From Caulobacterales bacterium (lineage in GTDB: Bacteria; Pseudomonadota; Alphaproteobacteria; Caulobacterales; Caulobacteraceae), in assembly GCA_947474395.1 (NCBI GenBank), contig CANJID010000001.1, positions 18,083 to 82,082 on the forward strand: a stretch of 64,000 nucleotides of DNA, given 5' to 3'. This document shows, piece after piece, positions 62,592-64,000 of this stretch (position 1 is its first letter; each line of letters starts with the position of its first letter). A program made the position numbers and the translations under genes. A model generated the notes under the pieces. That model was not told the DNA's origin, ran no database searches, and was given only the letters and a program-made list of their open reading frames with translations.

Positions 62592-63410
62592 GTGACCACC
62601 GCATCAGAACGAGCCGCCGCCGTCTTCGCCTTCTTAGCCGCGGCCCTGGCCGGCGGCCCGGCCCTGGCGGCCAAGGCTCCCGCACTTCCCGACTTCGAGG
62701 GGGTGTGGATGATCCAGCCCGGCTACTACCTCGGCAAGCCGCTGCTGCCCGCCCCCAGGCTCGCCCCGGCGGTGGCGGAACGGAACCTGAAGAAGCGCGC
62801 GGCGGAGAAGGCGGGCTATGTGCGGGAGGTTTCCGGCATGCTGTGCGGCCAGAACGGCGGGCCGAACATGTACCAGATCCGCTCGCCCTTCGAGGTCTTC
62901 GGCGGCTTCGGGCGCATCACCTTCATCTTCGAGACGGAGATGAACAACCAGCCGCACACCATCTACCTGGAAGAAAAGGCGCACTCGCCGGACGTCTATC
63001 CCAGCTTCAACGGCCACTCGATCGGCCGCTGGGAGGGCAGGACCCTGGTGGTCGACACGGTCGGCTTCATCGGGCGGGGGACCCTGCTCGGACCCGTGCC
63101 GCGCACCCCCACCACCCACACGGTCGAGCGCTTCACCTGGTCGGCCGACGGCAAGACCATGAGCGATGCGATCACCATCGAGGACCCGGCGAGCCTGACA
63201 GAGCCCTGGACCACCACCCTGGTGTTCGACCGCAAGCCCCGCACCGAGGAGCGCTTCGAGGTCTGGTGCGACGCCGACCTCGCCGCCTTCAAGGCCCTGG
63301 ACCTGCAGGCCTACAAGGACGCCGACCCGGAGATCGCCCTGATCCTGGAGGGCGGCTTCACCGACCCGGCGGTGACCATCGCCGCCGAGGCCAAGGCCGC
63401 CCTGCAGTAG
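62592..63410 (+). CDS. Secreted hypothetical protein
   Basis: 272 aa, GTG start, signal peptide AFLAAALAGGPALAA, GC3-rich. No family recognised. Confidence 0.55.
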   Translation: MTTASERAAAVFAFLAAALAGGPALAAKAPALPDFEGVWMIQPGYYLGKPLLPAPRLAPAVAERNLKKRAAEKAGYVREVSGMLCGQNGGPNMYQIRSPFEVFGGFGRITFIFETEMNNQPHTIYLEEKAHSPDVYPSFNGHSIGRWEGRTLVVDTVGFIGRGTLLGPVPRTPTTHTVERFTWSADGKTMSDAITIEDPASLTEPWTTTLVFDRKPRTEERFEVWCDADLAAFKALDLQAYKDADPEIALILEGGFTDPAVTIAAEAKAALQ

Positions 63411-63493
63411 GCTGGGTCGGGCCTGTCTGGTATTCTGCAGGCGTCGAATGCATCGAGGCTCGAGGCCAAGCCGTGCTCAGGTCTGATGGGAAG

Positions 63494-63829
63494 ATGGTCC
63501 CGAGGCGGCCTCCGCCACGGACGCCCGTGACCCCCAAAATTCGCCTCTTCCTCCGGATCGTGAAGGCGATGGGCGTTGTCGCCGTGGGGTTATGGTTCTC
63601 CTGGGGTGGACTCGTGATGAGTTGGGCGGGGAACCGGCCCCTCAAGCCCGACGCGCTACATCCGTACGCCTACAACAACCACGGCATAATGTACGTGTCG
63701 GCGATGGACTTAGCCTGGAGCAATGGGCTGCAGATCGGCGCGCTCGTCATGCTCTGCGCTACCCTGCTGGTCCAGAGAATGGCGTTGAAGATCGATCCCG
63801 ACTTCGATCGCCGATGGACCAACCCCTGA
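63494..63829 (+). CDS. Small hypothetical membrane protein
   Basis: 111 aa tail of the 426-aa track ORF. Two hydrophobic helices. Locally lower GC and GC3 than the surroundings. Start uncertain. Confidence 0.4.
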   Translation: MVPRRPPPRTPVTPKIRLFLRIVKAMGVVAVGLWFSWGGLVMSWAGNRPLKPDALHPYAYNNHGIMYVSAMDLAWSNGLQIGALVMLCATLLVQRMALKIDPDFDRRWTNP

Positions 63830-63847
63830 GGGTCCGAGGAAGGCCTC

Positions 63848-64000
63848 TTACGCCGCCGCCTTGCCCCACAGGCGCTTGGAGGCGATGGCGGCGCCTTCGG
63901 TCAGGGAGCGCAGCTTCTTGTAGCTGATGTCCATGTCCATCTTGCCGTAGCCGGCGAAGGTGCCGAAGCCGCAGTCGGTGCCGGCGATGACCCGTTCGCG
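63848..64000 (-). CDS. Cobalamin-independent methionine synthase (MetE C-terminal/UROD-like) family protein, 3' end only
   Basis: Manual reverse translation: ...RERVIAGTDCGFGTFAGYGKMDMDISYKKLRSLTEGAAIASKRLWGKAAA*. The TDCGF zinc-ligand motif is typical of the family. Confidence 0.55.
   Translation of the reverse strand, partial: RERVIAGTDCGFGTFAGYGKMDMDISYKKLRSLTEGAAIASKRLWGKAAA

Noticed and set aside
62549-63493. First ~315 aa of the 426-aa plus-strand ORF overlapping 62592-63410
   Set aside because: It has Arg/Pro/Gly-rich junk composition in a frame overlapping a better ORF, which has a signal peptide and balanced composition. Only the low-GC tail (from 63494) is kept, as a weak candidate.

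Overview
Very GC-rich alphaproteobacterial chromosome segment (third codon positions are almost all G/C). RsaA-type S-layer genes suggest a Caulobacteraceae-like host (inference). Most long ORFs in the track are antisense or out-of-frame artefacts, so genes were called from family-level protein motifs, GC3 bias, SD sequences and start/stop overlaps.

Gene order:
- 1-4 kb: three GT-B glycosyltransferases plus a DUF1796 protein.
- 4.1-5.9 kb: secreted tannase/feruloyl-esterase-family hydrolase.
- 5.9-10.2 kb: AttEFGH-like ABC exporter operon.
- 10.3 kb: tRNA-Asn(GUU).
- 10.7-13.3 kb: LigAB-type extradiol dioxygenase, alpha/beta hydrolase and a SnoaL-like protein.
- 13.3-20.8 kb: two divergent operons encoding a complete anabolic 2-aminoethylphosphonate (AEP) pathway. 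It contains a PEP-mutase::nucleotidyltransferase fusion, phosphonopyruvate decarboxylase, an embedded flippase-like membrane protein and an AEP transaminase. The companion operon has a second nucleotidyltransferase, a PhyH-type dioxygenase and a lipoprotein.
- 20.8-25.1 kb: DUF2141, DUF1501/DUF1800 and a stand-alone CDP-alcohol phosphatidyltransferase.
- 25.3-50.7 kb: a split hopanoid/MEP super-cluster (hpnN, hpnM-dxs-ispA, ispH-hpnH, hpnG, shc, hpnEDCBA). It is interrupted by a cytochrome plus PQQ quinohemoprotein pair and by a small stress/envelope island. That island holds Hsp20 with a ROSE-like leader, DUF805, an SH3 protein, lipoproteins and three paralogous 4-TM proteins.
- 50.8-55.7 kb: two tandem RsaA-like RTX S-layer genes.
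- 55.9-64 kb: MlaA, a NodT-type outer-membrane factor, a methyltransferase-like/MTHFR-like pair, two secreted SnoaL-like paralogues, hypothetical proteins and the 3' end of a MetE-like gene.

Three families of structured intergenic repeats are present. No rRNA, CRISPR, transposase, integrase or phage genes were seen.

The best candidate for undescribed biology is the nucleotide-activated phosphonate pathway. It is physically linked to a CDP-alcohol phosphatidyltransferase, lipid transporters and the hopanoid machinery. This suggests an uncharacterised phosphonate-decorated envelope lipid or glycan.
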